Source: a virus. Taken from it: a DNA stretch of 64,000 nt. A model generated the notes under the pieces. The model worked only from the letters and a program-made list of their open reading frames with translations. It did no database searches and was not told where the DNA came from. The stretch lies in the IMG/VR virus record IMGVR_UViG_3300027920_000904, one strand, 5' to 3'. A program made the translations under genes and the position numbers. Shown here one piece after another: positions 9,380-18,758 of this stretch (positions are counted from its first letter, which is position 1; every line of letters begins with the position of its first letter).

Positions 9380-9807
9380 CACTGTCGCGCACCGAAGAAA
9401 TTAGGCAGGTGGCCTCTGAATGGGAGTTCGACAAGCGCATCCACGCACCCCGCGCCGCCAGACTGCTCAAGGAGCTGTTGCGTCGAGTTGACGAGCTAGA
9501 GCGCGGGATTGGTCAAATGCGGCTGATTGCCGGCCTCCCGCTCCCGCCTGATGTGGCCGCGAAGGTGGCCGAAGCCGACCGCCTCCGCAAGCTGTTCGAC
9601 GACGCCGGAGAGGGTCAATACAACGTACTGAATCTTGTCGAGAGCTACCAGCGCAACTCGATGGAGGCGGACGAGCGCCTCCGTGTGGTTCGCAGGCTGC
9701 TCGAAGAAAACGGGTGCGATTGCCCGTGCGACCACCACGCGGACGAGCGCGGGCCCGACTGCGAAGTGTGCCTCGCGTGTCGCATCGGAGAGGCGGTCGG
9801 GAAGTGA
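9376..9807 (+). CDS. hypothetical protein, Cys/His-rich C-terminus
   Basis: GCDCPCDHH...CEVCLAC. Confidence 0.65.
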   Translation: MTLSRTEEIRQVASEWEFDKRIHAPRAARLLKELLRRVDELERGIGQMRLIAGLPLPPDVAAKVAEADRLRKLFDDAGEGQYNVLNLVESYQRNSMEADERLRVVRRLLEENGCDCPCDHHADERGPDCEVCLACRIGEAVGK

Positions 9808-9955
9808 GTTCGTGCAGAGCAACGAATGGGAACCCAAAGAACGCGGGTCGCGAGTGCGCCTGCGCGAGCCCGCGCGACTGTCCGATCGGCCCGGGCACCG
9901 GCAAGCCTCCCGGGCCCGAGCAGGACATCAACACCCAGCGGATCAGGAGGAAGTG

Positions 9956-10258
9956 ATGGCGTCACCAGGACCGTTCTCCATCGGCAGCAAGACCTGGCCC
10001 GGCATCTCCAAGCTCATCGAGGAGTGCGGCGAGGTTGGCCAGGTCTGCGGCAAGCTCATCGGGACGGGCGGCGCGACGGCGCACTGGGACGGCGGGGAGG
10101 ACCTGAAGGTCCGCCTCGAGACCGAGCTCGGGGACCTGCTCGCCGCCATCTCGTTCGTCATCGACAACAACCAGCTGAACAGGGAGGCGATCAAGAAGCG
10201 CCGGGAGAAGAAGCTCGAGACGTTCGCCAAGTGGCACAAGGAGCAGAGTGATGGGTAG
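9956..10258 (+). CDS. MazG-like NTP pyrophosphohydrolase
   Basis: KLIEECGEV...K...LETELGDLL acidic motif; AGGAGG SD. Confidence 0.7.
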   Translation: MASPGPFSIGSKTWPGISKLIEECGEVGQVCGKLIGTGGATAHWDGGEDLKVRLETELGDLLAAISFVIDNNQLNREAIKKRREKKLETFAKWHKEQSDG

Positions 10259-10658
10259 CAGGCATACGCCGCCGCGATGGTGGAAGGATCAGGGCGCCGA
10301 GAACACGTGGTGGCGGTGGAACGACACCATGGAGGGTTACGGCCCGCTCATGAACGCGATCGAGGCGATGACGATCCCGCTGCGCTGGAAGACCTATCAT
10401 GTCAGCGGCTGCGAGGTCCTCGACCTGCAGGGCAAGGAGATCCCGTGGTTTGTCGACCTTGAGGTCGGGACGGTGGTCGACGTGCCCACGACCTTTGGCA
10501 TCGTGCGTGCGACGGTGACCGGGCCGAGACTGGCCGAGACGGAACACACGCTCTGCGTCCTCGAGCGCGCAACCGACTTTCGGGCGTGCTGGACATCGTC
10601 TTACTCGGTGAACAAGGCGTCCATCAACAAGATTCGGATCGCATCGGTGGAGGGCTAA
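10251..10658 (+). CDS. hypothetical protein
   Basis: Overlapping start, AGGAG SD. Confidence 0.6.
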   Translation: MGSRHTPPRWWKDQGAENTWWRWNDTMEGYGPLMNAIEAMTIPLRWKTYHVSGCEVLDLQGKEIPWFVDLEVGTVVDVPTTFGIVRATVTGPRLAETEHTLCVLERATDFRACWTSSYSVNKASINKIRIASVEG

Positions 10659-10849
10659 TGCCGATCCTCACCGATGCCAATGGGCGTCCCCTGTCAGATC
10701 GTCCGACCCAACCCCCGGTGGGTGCGCCGATAGACGATCATATCGCGTGGCAGCGCGCCGTCGCTGCCTGGGACAACGACATCCGGTCGCGCGCGAACCG
10801 GACGTTCGATCGCCGGTTCCGTGCGACGCTGAGGGCCGACGATGAGTGA
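10658..10849 (+). CDS. hypothetical protein
   Basis: TAATG coupling, GGAGG SD. Confidence 0.55.
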   Translation: MPILTDANGRPLSDRPTQPPVGAPIDDHIAWQRAVAAWDNDIRSRANRTFDRRFRATLRADDE

Positions 10850-10876
10850 TCCGATCTGCCGCGCAGGGGAATCTTG

Positions 10877-11677
10877 ATGCTCGAGAAGAAGATCACGTTC
10901 TGTGGCCGGGAAGTCACGGTCGCCTGCGATGGCCAGTGCCACAAGGCGTGGGGAATCCAGATCCGGCCGCGGTTCCAGCTCACGGATGACCCCGACGACC
11001 ATGCCTACGCTGCCGACCACGAACTCGGCTTCGCGCCAGCCGACCCGGGTACCTACGAGGGCGACCACGCCAAGCCCTGCGCGTCGGTGGCAACCGATCC
11101 GGCGATCATCAACCAGTGGTGCGTGCGCGAGTGCGAGCGGATGTCGATGCACGACGCCGGCGAGCCGGTGACGCTGCGGACGTTCGACAAGCGCCGCTAC
11201 AACATCCCGCGCCGGACCGGGCGCCAGCCGGTGCTGATCATCTCGGGCGGGCAGACCGGCGTCGACCGGGCCGCGCTCGACGTCGGGCTCGCGCTGCGCA
11301 TCGGCATCGGCGGCTACGTGCCCAAGGGGCGCAAGGCCGAGGACGGGCCGATCGACCCCAAGTACCCCCTCAAGGAGCTCGAGACGTCCGACTACCTGGC
11401 GCGCACGCACAAGAACATCGACCTGGCCAACGCCACGGTCATCCTGTCGACGCGCTGGCCGCTGACCGGCGGCACGCTCGCGACCCGGCGGTACGCCGAG
11501 CGCTGTGGCAAGGGGCTCGACACCGTCCTCGTCTGTGATCCCGAGGCGGCTGACATCACGGAGGTCTCCCGATTCGTCGAGCGCTACCCCATCGTCAACA
11601 TCGCCGGGCCGCGCGAGAGCAAGTGCCCCGGCATCTACCAGACCACCAAGACCTTCCTGCTGGAGGTGTTCCGATGA
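10877..11677 (+). CDS. Cys-rich N-terminal domain fused to a SLOG (cpYpsA / putative molybdenum carrier-like) domain
   Basis: IISGGQTGVDRAALD..GGYVPKGRKAEDG..RTHKN..GGT..NIAGPRESKCPGIY. Confidence 0.8.
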   Translation: MLEKKITFCGREVTVACDGQCHKAWGIQIRPRFQLTDDPDDHAYAADHELGFAPADPGTYEGDHAKPCASVATDPAIINQWCVRECERMSMHDAGEPVTLRTFDKRRYNIPRRTGRQPVLIISGGQTGVDRAALDVGLALRIGIGGYVPKGRKAEDGPIDPKYPLKELETSDYLARTHKNIDLANATVILSTRWPLTGGTLATRRYAERCGKGLDTVLVCDPEAADITEVSRFVERYPIVNIAGPRESKCPGIYQTTKTFLLEVFR

Positions 11678-11982
11678 ACCACGTCTCGCCCTCGATGTTC
11701 CTGGGCATGATCCTCACCCAGCCGATGCAGCCGACGACGCAGCTGCTCGTCGCCCAACTCTGGGTGGCGTGGCTGCAGGCGTGGCTCAAGGAGGTCCACT
11801 GCTACGACATCGAGGTCACGACCGACGAGAACGACCCGGGCCTCGTCGTCGCCAAGTTCCGGGTGCAGGGCATGCCCAACAGCGACTCGATGATCGAGGT
11901 GCCGGTGCCCGACGACCTGCCCTATCGGATCCACATCATGAGCAAGACCCGCACGGGGTGCGGCGAGCGGGAGCCGCGGTAG
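11674..11982 (+). CDS. hypothetical protein
   Basis: GGAGG SD, ATGA overlap. Confidence 0.65.
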   Translation: MNHVSPSMFLGMILTQPMQPTTQLLVAQLWVAWLQAWLKEVHCYDIEVTTDENDPGLVVAKFRVQGMPNSDSMIEVPVPDDLPYRIHIMSKTRTGCGEREPR

Positions 11983-12360
11983 ATGGCCAAGATCAAGAAG
12001 AGCCACGGCCTCACGATGCTGTACCGCACGGCCAACGTGTGGAACGTGTTCGAGGAGGCCATCACGCCCCAGGAGATCCCGAGCGTGCACCGCAGCTGCA
12101 AGCTCGCCACGCTGGCGCCGTGGATCTGGTGGGGACCGCCGGCGATCGCCGCCTGGCTGGTGGAGAACCCCACGGCCAAGGAGGAGGACATGCCGCGCCG
12201 GGTCATCCTCGAGGCGCAGAAGCAGCTGGACATCGAGGTGGCGCTCCTGACGCCGGCGCTCGAGCTGGTGAAGTCGCTCCGCAAGTCGCTGGTGGTGCGC
12301 CCGACCAAGCGCGAGGCGCGCGCGGCCCAGAAGGCCGAGGCGAGCCGGAGGAAGCGGTAG
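11983..12360 (+). CDS. hypothetical protein
   Basis: TAG-ATG abutting junction. Confidence 0.65.
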   Translation: MAKIKKSHGLTMLYRTANVWNVFEEAITPQEIPSVHRSCKLATLAPWIWWGPPAIAAWLVENPTAKEEDMPRRVILEAQKQLDIEVALLTPALELVKSLRKSLVVRPTKREARAAQKAEASRRKR

Positions 12361-12633
12361 ATGGCCCACAAGCTGACCCGCGAGGCGTTCCGCAAGCTGA
12401 TCGCCGAGGACATCGCGTACCTCGAGGCGTTGCCGCGCACGCTCGAGCGCGACCACATCATCATGTCGCTCAAGGAGAGCGAGCGGTTCCACTACGACCT
12501 GCCCAACCTCCTGCAGCGCATCCTCAACGAGGACGACGCGCGCAACCGCGCCGACCAGGCGTGCATGAGCGACGCGCTGTGCGACGAGGTCTGCGGCTGG
12601 GTCCACCAGCTCGAGGGTCCCCATGGCGACTGA
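12361..12633 (+). CDS. hypothetical protein
   Basis: TAG-ATG abutting junction, GGAGG SD. Confidence 0.65.
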   Translation: MAHKLTREAFRKLIAEDIAYLEALPRTLERDHIIMSLKESERFHYDLPNLLQRILNEDDARNRADQACMSDALCDEVCGWVHQLEGPHGD

Positions 12634-13768
12634 ACCGCCCCCGCCGTCGGCCAAGAAGCCCTCGTGGCAGGACCGGATCAACCCGGTGCTGAACAAGGTG
12701 ATGCCGGTGACGCGCGTGGTCGAGAACGTCGCGCGCCTCGCCGTCCACCTGCAGAAGCCGACCGTGCTCGGCATCGCCGGCATGGCCTCGGCGGGGACCA
12801 ACGCGTTGCGGGACATGCTGAGCAACAACCCGACGGCGGGTCACGACCTCGACGTGTTCTGCTCGCGCGGCTACCTGCTCGAGGTCTTCAAGAAGGCCGG
12901 CGCGCAGGTGCGGTCGGCCGACCCGCGCGCGCCCGACTGCCTCGACATCATCATGCACAACCGCACCTTCCGCATCCGGGCGGACGGGAGCCTCTACAGC
13001 GACACCGAGTTCGAGCAGCCGTGGATCGAGTGGTTGCGGCAGATGCTCGACCGCGAGCTGCCGTACGCCATCGAGATCCGTCCGGGGCACGGCCAGGAGC
13101 AGTACCAGTCGGTGGCGTCGGCGCTCACGGTGCTGCGCTCGGCGCAGGGCCAGGAGATCTGGGCGGCGACCCAGCCGCTGCTCGGGAGCGGCCGGGCGAT
13201 CTTGCTCACCGGCAAGCCCGGGGTGGGCAAGACGACGATGGCGCAGGAGATCGCGCGCCTGGCCGAGCTCGGCCGGGTGGTGCAGCTGCAGAGCGACATC
13301 GTCGGGACGCCGCGCGACGATGGCAGCGGCCACAAGAACGCGACGCCGCAGTCGACGAGCCGGAGCGGTGGGTTCGAGGAGGGCCTGGCGATGCTGTCGC
13401 CGGGCGTGGTGATCGTCGACGACATCGACAAGATCTACCTGTCGCTCGGCCGCATCGAGCAGATCCGCAAGGCCGCCAAGCTGGTGATCTTCACCGCCAA
13501 CAACGGCGACCAGGACGAGGTCCTCGACAACGCGACGATGCGCCCGGCCCGCATCGACGAGGTCTTCGAGGTGAAGGGCGGGTACACGACGCGGCGCGCG
13601 CCGTTCGACCAGCTGAGCGAGGAGGAGTGGGCCGAGGCGCGGGAGTGGCCCGTGGCGTTCCTCAACGAGCTCGAGGCCCGGCTCACCAAGCGGCCGAGCA
13701 ACATCGGCTTCGAGGACCTGAAGAAGCGGGTCGGACTGCGGACGCGCAGCGTGCGCGGGATCTACTGA
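12623..13768 (+). CDS. AAA+ ATPase
   Basis: Walker A GKPGVGKT, Walker B VIVDDID, sensor I FTAN, SRH RPARID. Confidence 0.85.
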   Translation: MATEPPPPSAKKPSWQDRINPVLNKVMPVTRVVENVARLAVHLQKPTVLGIAGMASAGTNALRDMLSNNPTAGHDLDVFCSRGYLLEVFKKAGAQVRSADPRAPDCLDIIMHNRTFRIRADGSLYSDTEFEQPWIEWLRQMLDRELPYAIEIRPGHGQEQYQSVASALTVLRSAQGQEIWAATQPLLGSGRAILLTGKPGVGKTTMAQEIARLAELGRVVQLQSDIVGTPRDDGSGHKNATPQSTSRSGGFEEGLAMLSPGVVIVDDIDKIYLSLGRIEQIRKAAKLVIFTANNGDQDEVLDNATMRPARIDEVFEVKGGYTTRRAPFDQLSEEEWAEAREWPVAFLNELEARLTKRPSNIGFEDLKKRVGLRTRSVRGIY

Positions 13769-14043
13769 TGGGGTGCACTCGAACCCTCATCCCGGGCGGC
13801 GCCGTGTGGACCTGCACGCGCGGGTTCGACAACCGGGTCGAGTGCAAGTTCTGCAAGACCCGGGTGAAGGATCACGTGCTGTGCGACTGGAAACTCAAGG
13901 GGGAGAAGGCCGGCCAGACGTGCGACGCGGTGATGTGCCGGCGCTGCGCCACGAAGGTCGGGGAGGACAAGGACCTGTGCCCGCCGCACGCGCGGGTGTG
14001 GGACAAGGATCCACGCAACCCCAAGAACAAGGCGCCGCCATGA
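13768..14043 (+). CDS. Zn-finger protein
   Basis: CKFC..LCDW..TCDAVMCRRC..DLCPPH. Confidence 0.7.
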   Translation: MGCTRTLIPGGAVWTCTRGFDNRVECKFCKTRVKDHVLCDWKLKGEKAGQTCDAVMCRRCATKVGEDKDLCPPHARVWDKDPRNPKNKAPP

Positions 14044-14198
14044 AGCCGAAGACCAAGAAGCGCATGACGATCAAGGCGCTCGCGAAGCGGCGGTGTGACG
14101 CCGCGCGCCGGCGCAGTCCGCACCTGGCCTTCTTCCTCGACGACCCGCCGTGCAAGTCGTGCATCGACTGGGCGCGCGCGAAGCTGAAGGGGGGCTGA
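14040..14198 (+). CDS. small basic hypothetical protein
   Basis: ATGA and TGATG coupling on both sides. Confidence 0.55.
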   Translation: MKPKTKKRMTIKALAKRRCDAARRRSPHLAFFLDDPPCKSCIDWARAKLKGG

Positions 14199-14527
14199 TG
14201 GCGAAGAAGGATCGGGACCTGCGCGAGCTGCCACCGGGCGCCGAGGTGACGCTCATCCTGACCGAGGTGTCCGGGACCCGGTCGAGGTCGGGCGAGCGCC
14301 GGCGGGTGGTGGGTGTCGGCCGCGGCCGTGTGGCGGCCCGGGTCGAGGCGAAGGACACCCGCGAGGACCTGGTCTACCGGGTCACGCTCGAGCAGTCGAG
14401 CGAGCGGCACATGGTGGGCAAGGAGGTGGAGGTGCCGCGGGGGTGGCTCTACGCGCTCGACCTGCGCGAGGAGCGGCGTGCGTTCGAGGAGGCCGTGCGG
14501 ATGTTCTGGCGAAAGGATCGAGGCTGA
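14198..14527 (+). CDS. hypothetical protein
   Basis: TGATG coupling. Confidence 0.65.
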   Translation: MAKKDRDLRELPPGAEVTLILTEVSGTRSRSGERRRVVGVGRGRVAARVEAKDTREDLVYRVTLEQSSERHMVGKEVEVPRGWLYALDLREERRAFEEAVRMFWRKDRG

Positions 14528-14808
14528 TGGCGCACCTGCATCGGTGTCGTTGCGGACGGCTGTTCCGTTGCGAGGGTGTCCGGCACGCCGCGCCGGCGTG
14601 GTACTGGTGCGAGCTCGAGGCCTGCCCAGATCGGTCGCACCACGGGTTTTCGCTGTTCGACCACCTCGCGGCGCAGCGGCTGCGCCTTGAGGAGCGCGCG
14701 GCGGCGGGGCCGATCTACATCGACGCGTCCTTCGTCTGGACGCCGGCCTCGCGGTCGCGGAGCCTGCGATGCCGGGCACAAGGGCAGCGAGAACACGGAG
14801 GTAGCTGA
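14527..14808 (+). CDS. hypothetical Cys/His protein
   Basis: TGATG coupling; HLHRCRCG. Confidence 0.55.
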   Translation: MAHLHRCRCGRLFRCEGVRHAAPAWYWCELEACPDRSHHGFSLFDHLAAQRLRLEERAAAGPIYIDASFVWTPASRSRSLRCRAQGQREHGGS

Positions 14809-15098
14809 TGCCACTGTTCGAGATGCCGGACCCCCGGGTCCACCTGCGCTGCGGGGTCTGCAAGGTCCCCTACATCGCGCGCCTGGCGCACGTCCTCAAG
14901 GAGGGCGGCTGGGTCTACGAGTGGGTGTTCGTGCCGGACAAGCCGACGTGCCGCCACAAGACGGCGAGCGCCGAGCTGGTCGACGAGCGGACCCCGAAGG
15001 AGAAGAAGGCGACCAAGATCACCTGGAACATCGAGCTCGAGGCGAGGAAGCTCGGGGTCTCGGTGGCGAAGGCCGAGAAGAAGCGAGGCGCCCGATGA
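14808..15098 (+). CDS. hypothetical protein
   Basis: GGAGG SD; CGVC...CRH. Confidence 0.65.
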   Translation: MPLFEMPDPRVHLRCGVCKVPYIARLAHVLKEGGWVYEWVFVPDKPTCRHKTASAELVDERTPKEKKATKITWNIELEARKLGVSVAKAEKKRGAR

Positions 15099-15307
15099 AC
15101 ACGCGCGAGAAGGAGCGGATCAAGCAGCTCCGGCACAACACGACGCACGGCGGATCCTACGTGCGCTGCCCGGGAGGTCACCCGAGCGTGAGGCTTCGGG
15201 TCGGGCGCGATGCGCTCGGCAAGTTCCTCGACGCCTGGTGCACCGAGGCCGGCTGCACGGCCCAGCCGGTGCGGATCCGGGACCAGGGGAGGGATGCCCA
15301 TGGCTGA
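15095..15307 (+). CDS. hypothetical protein
   Basis: ATGA overlap. Confidence 0.55.
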   Translation: MNTREKERIKQLRHNTTHGGSYVRCPGGHPSVRLRVGRDALGKFLDAWCTEAGCTAQPVRIRDQGRDAHG

Positions 15308-15590
15308 CCGGCCGCAGGCGATGTGCCCGGGCTGCAACGAGCTCGTCCCGATCGTCAACGAGGTGTACTGGCCGCACTGGGCGACGAAGATCGAGCAGCT
15401 GCCGCCACTGCAGGTGATCGTCGACCTGTGGCCCTGCGAGGGCTCGGGGCTGCCGATGCGCGAGTGCCGGGTGTGCGGCTGCACCGAGCTCGACTGCACC
15501 CGGTGCATCGTCAAGACGGGCAAGCCGTGCAGCTGGGTCGAGGACGACCTGTGCTCGGCGTGCGGAGGTGACGATGCTGGCGCCCGGTGA
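15300..15590 (+). CDS. Cys-rich Zn-finger protein
   Basis: CRVCGCTELDC...CSWVEDDLCSAC. Confidence 0.7.
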   Translation: MADRPQAMCPGCNELVPIVNEVYWPHWATKIEQLPPLQVIVDLWPCEGSGLPMRECRVCGCTELDCTRCIVKTGKPCSWVEDDLCSACGGDDAGAR

Positions 15591-15777
15591 TGGTGAGGCG
15601 ATCCGTCAGGCGGCGCTGCGCGCGCTGCGCGAGGACCTGGCCGAGGCGGAGTGCCAGGCGTTCTACCTCATCAACGCCCCCGATCGGATCACCGACCTGC
15701 GCCGGCAGATCGCCTACGTCGAGAAGATGGTCTTCGTCCAGCTCGGCGAGAATGGGCTGCTGGGGTGTCGGCGGTGA
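15574..15777 (+). CDS. hypothetical protein
   Basis: GGAGG SD. Confidence 0.55.
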   Translation: MLAPGDGEAIRQAALRALREDLAEAECQAFYLINAPDRITDLRRQIAYVEKMVFVQLGENGLLGCRR

Positions 15778-16055
15778 CGGAGTGGAACCCGCGCTACGTC
15801 GCGTACGCGGCCGCGCACAACAAGACCCCGGAGGCGATGAGCAAGCACGACGAGAAGGCGTGGCCCGGCGGCAAGGCCGCGGGGTTCATCCTCTGGATCA
15901 GCGCGCACTGGTCGCGCTGGTTCATCGAGGTGAAGAAGACCAAGCGCCCGGAGCCGGTCTCGATCCGGTACCCCTACCCCCTCAGCGATGAGGACCACGA
16001 GAACTTCACGGCCTGGCTGCAGAAGCAGTACCCGGCCCCGCAGGAGACCCAGTGA
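15774..16055 (+). CDS. hypothetical protein
   Basis: GTGA overlap; NPRYVAYA..GFILWI. Confidence 0.65.
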   Translation: MTEWNPRYVAYAAAHNKTPEAMSKHDEKAWPGGKAAGFILWISAHWSRWFIEVKKTKRPEPVSIRYPYPLSDEDHENFTAWLQKQYPAPQETQ

Positions 16056-16462
16056 GCGGAACCAAGGCATCGAATCAGCAGCGGACGTCGAAGAAGGCGG
16101 CCGAGTTCATCCTGCGCCAGCGCGTCGCCGTCGGCGGCGCCTACGGCCAGGGCTGGAACCAGGCGTGCGAGGCGCTGGCTGCGCAGATCGCCGCCGGCGC
16201 CCACCTCGAGTCGCCGCCCAAGGTGGTGCCGCAGGCGCGCGCGGTGGGCAAGTCCGAGCACGCGGTGGGCAAGTCCGATCACGCGATCGCCGGCAGCCTC
16301 GGCCGCACCACCGCCGCCGGCACGGTGCTGCAGCCGCGGGCCGATGGCGGCGTCACCGCGGCGCGGTGCGGCAAGGACGGCTGCATCCACCAGGCGGGTC
16401 ACGTCGAGCTCGGGCAGCCGCTCCACAGCGATGGCGGCCGCACCTGGCGGGACCGGAAGTAG
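16052..16462 (+). CDS. hypothetical protein
   Basis: GGAG SD, GTGA overlap. Confidence 0.55.
   Translation: MSGTKASNQQRTSKKAAEFILRQRVAVGGAYGQGWNQACEALAAQIAAGAHLESPPKVVPQARAVGKSEHAVGKSDHAIAGSLGRTTAAGTVLQPRADGGVTAARCGKDGCIHQAGHVELGQPLHSDGGRTWRDRK
16240..16285 (+). repeat. 21-bp in-frame tandem duplication
   Basis: cgcggtgggcaagtccgagca / cgcggtgggcaagtccgatca, encoding AVGKSEH/AVGKSDH. Confidence 0.85.
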
Positions 16463-16465
16463 CCG

Positions 16466-16690
16466 ATGGCGGAGTGGCGGCCGCACGACCCGTGGAACGA
16501 AGAGCAGGCCCGCGGCTGCGTCTGTGGCTGGGTGGGCTTCATCGAGGGCAGCGCCTGCCCGGCGTGCGCGCTGCCGCTCCTGCCCAAGACGTTGCGCGCG
16601 CGGCCAGAGCCGGTGCGGAGCGCGTTCGACTACCAGAAGGAGTTCATGGCCCGGCGCGCCGCGCGCCGCGCGAGGAGGACCGATGGCTGA
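16466..16690 (+). CDS. small Zn-ribbon protein
   Basis: CVCGW...CPAC. Confidence 0.6.
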   Translation: MAEWRPHDPWNEEQARGCVCGWVGFIEGSACPACALPLLPKTLRARPEPVRSAFDYQKEFMARRAARRARRTDG

Positions 16691-16910
16691 GGACGAGAAG
16701 AAGACGATTCGCGAAGTCGAGGTCGACACCAGCGGCCGGCCGGGCACGCTCGACGAGCTCAAGGAGACCGAGGGCTACACGCGCAACTGCCGCTCGTGCG
16801 GCGCCGCGATGAAGGTCCAGACCTGGTCGTCGAGCGACGGCGCGCACGAGGACAGCAAGTACGTCTGCCCCAAGGGCCACGTCGAGTGGGTCGACGGGTG
16901 CGACTCATGA
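16683..16910 (+). CDS. small Zn-ribbon protein
   Basis: CRSCG...CPKGH; GAGGAGG SD. Confidence 0.65.
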   Translation: MAEDEKKTIREVEVDTSGRPGTLDELKETEGYTRNCRSCGAAMKVQTWSSSDGAHEDSKYVCPKGHVEWVDGCDS

Positions 16911-16996
16911 AGGGCTTCTCCTTCCGCCAGCCCTGGGGCTGGGCGATCACCGACGTCAGGCCCGAGCACGAGGCTCGGATCAAGGAGCTTCTGTGA
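16907..16996 (+). pseudogene. Truncated ASCH-domain gene remnant (29 aa)
   Basis: MKGFSFRQPWGWAI resembles the ASCH N-terminal MKxLSxRQPWAxxI motif, then stops. Confidence 0.45.
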
Positions 16997-17544
16997 CGAG
17001 GATGAAGATCGGCGAGTTCCTGACCGGGCTCGCCGGCGAGACCTCCGTGGAGATCATCCACGACCCCAAGAACGACTACATCGAGCTCGTGAGCGAGAAG
17101 GGTAGGACGATCATCAAGCGCGAAGCCGCCTACCGGCTCCTGGGCGGACTGTACTTCTACCTGGGCCTCGAGCCGCCGGTCCTGCCGGTGCTGCTGACCA
17201 CCGCCGCCACCTGGCTCCGCCGCTTCCTCGATCGCCACCCACAGCTGGCGATGGTGACCGAGGGCGGGATGCTCCTGGTCGATCGTCTCGAGGCGCACGC
17301 TCGGGTGGCCAAGCAGGGGCCGGCGGAGCAGGCGGCCTGGGTTGGTCGCCTCCTGGACAAGACCAAGGGCAAGGAGGATCTCATCGGCGCTTCCATCCCG
17401 CGCTGCGACTGGTTCGGATACGATGGCGAGCAGGCGCAGTGCGCGGCGCAGGGGACGCAGGAGATCGACGGGCGCCCCGTCTGCCCCGAGCACTACGAGA
17501 TCGTGAAGACCCAGGACGCCTGGAAGCGGACCTACATCTACTGA
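16993..17544 (+). CDS. hypothetical protein
   Basis: AAGGAG SD; C-terminal CDW..C..CPEH. Confidence 0.65.
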   Translation: MTRMKIGEFLTGLAGETSVEIIHDPKNDYIELVSEKGRTIIKREAAYRLLGGLYFYLGLEPPVLPVLLTTAATWLRRFLDRHPQLAMVTEGGMLLVDRLEAHARVAKQGPAEQAAWVGRLLDKTKGKEDLIGASIPRCDWFGYDGEQAQCAAQGTQEIDGRPVCPEHYEIVKTQDAWKRTYIY

Positions 17545-17555
17545 CGGAGCGCGCG

Positions 17556-17909
17556 ATGGCGGACCAGGAGCACGACGTGAAGTTCGAGGACCTCGAGGAG
17601 ATGGTGCCCATCGGGAACCAGCTCGAGCTCGACGACACCAAGGACGCCAACCCGCTCGCGCTCGACGTGACGATGGACGCCGGCGACGAGCGGGCAGCGC
17701 GCTCGATCGCCGCGGTGAAAGAGCGCTTGGCCTCGTTCAGCGTCGCGGCGGTGTTGGGCAAGGACCTCTACCTGACCTACTGCGCGTCGAGAGAGTGGAA
17801 GAACTTCCGGGGCGATCCGTGCCCGCCCTGGGACGACCTGCCTGAGGCGGTGCGGACGCACTGGACCGCGGTCGCGAGCTACGTGTTGCGCAAGTTCCGC
17901 CGCGCCTGA
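17556..17909 (+). CDS. hypothetical protein
   Basis: GGAG SD. Confidence 0.65.
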   Translation: MADQEHDVKFEDLEEMVPIGNQLELDDTKDANPLALDVTMDAGDERAARSIAAVKERLASFSVAAVLGKDLYLTYCASREWKNFRGDPCPPWDDLPEAVRTHWTAVASYVLRKFRRA

Positions 17910-17967
17910 CCCGGGCACGGTGGTAGACGATCACTCCCGCGGCCGCTACGGCCGAGGAAGGACGCAG

Positions 17968-18336
17968 ATGGCGACGAAGAAGAAGGCTGCCAAGCAGCGC
18001 TGGGCGGTCTGTATCGACCGCCTGCACAAGTTCGTGTCGTCGGATGACGGCAAGGTCGCGTGCACCACCGATCGCAAGGAGGCGGACCGCATCGCCGCCG
18101 GCGTCGGTGGGCGGGTCGTCGACGCCGACGAGTGGGCCAAGCGCCCCCGGTTCCTCAACCAGGCCGAGTACTACCAGGTCTTCGGCGGCACGGCGGTCGA
18201 GATCGGGCTGAGCCAGATCGGCGGGCCGGTCAAGGAGGTGCGGGTCAAGAAAGCGACGTTCAAGTCCGGGCTCGGCCGCAAGGGCAAGCGCATGCGGCCC
18301 GCGTCCATCACCCTGGTGATCGAGTACGACACCTGA
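17968..18336 (+). CDS. hypothetical protein
   Basis: AAGGA SD after a short hairpin spacer. Confidence 0.65.
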   Translation: MATKKKAAKQRWAVCIDRLHKFVSSDDGKVACTTDRKEADRIAAGVGGRVVDADEWAKRPRFLNQAEYYQVFGGTAVEIGLSQIGGPVKEVRVKKATFKSGLGRKGKRMRPASITLVIEYDT

Positions 18337-18345
18337 AGGAGTCCG

Positions 18346-18525
18346 ATGGGCTACAAGGTGACCATCACCTACGAGATCGAGGTGACCTCCTTCGCGAAGG
18401 ACCGCGAGCTCAAGGAGGTGGAGAAGGACCTGCAGATCCGCGCCGAGACGTCGGTGGGACACGGCCTGCCGCACTTCTGGCGGGTGAAGGCCGGGTCGGT
18501 GAAGGTGAAGGCGAAGCGATCGTGA
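18346..18525 (+). CDS. hypothetical protein (59 aa, not in ORF track)
   Basis: AAGGAG SD; MGYKVTITYEIEVTS... Confidence 0.65.
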   Translation: MGYKVTITYEIEVTSFAKDRELKEVEKDLQIRAETSVGHGLPHFWRVKAGSVKVKAKRS

Positions 18526-18539
18526 GGAAGGAGGACCGG

Positions 18540-18758
18540 ATGCGAGACAAGCCGAAGGTGCGGCTCGGCCGCGAGTACATCGACCTGACCGACCACCTGG
18601 GCGTCGACGACTTCGACCGGGTCGTGCGTGCCGTAGACGGCGTGATCGAGCAGTCCCAGTCGCTGGCGCTCGACAACGCCGAGGATCGCAAGGTTCTCGT
18701 GAACCGGGTGCTGAAGTCGCTGGGCTGCGTCGTGCCGCGCGGGAGCATGCGTCTGTGA
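18540..18758 (+). CDS. hypothetical protein
   Basis: AGGAGG SD. Confidence 0.6.
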   Translation: MRDKPKVRLGREYIDLTDHLGVDDFDRVVRAVDGVIEQSQSLALDNAEDRKVLVNRVLKSLGCVVPRGSMRL

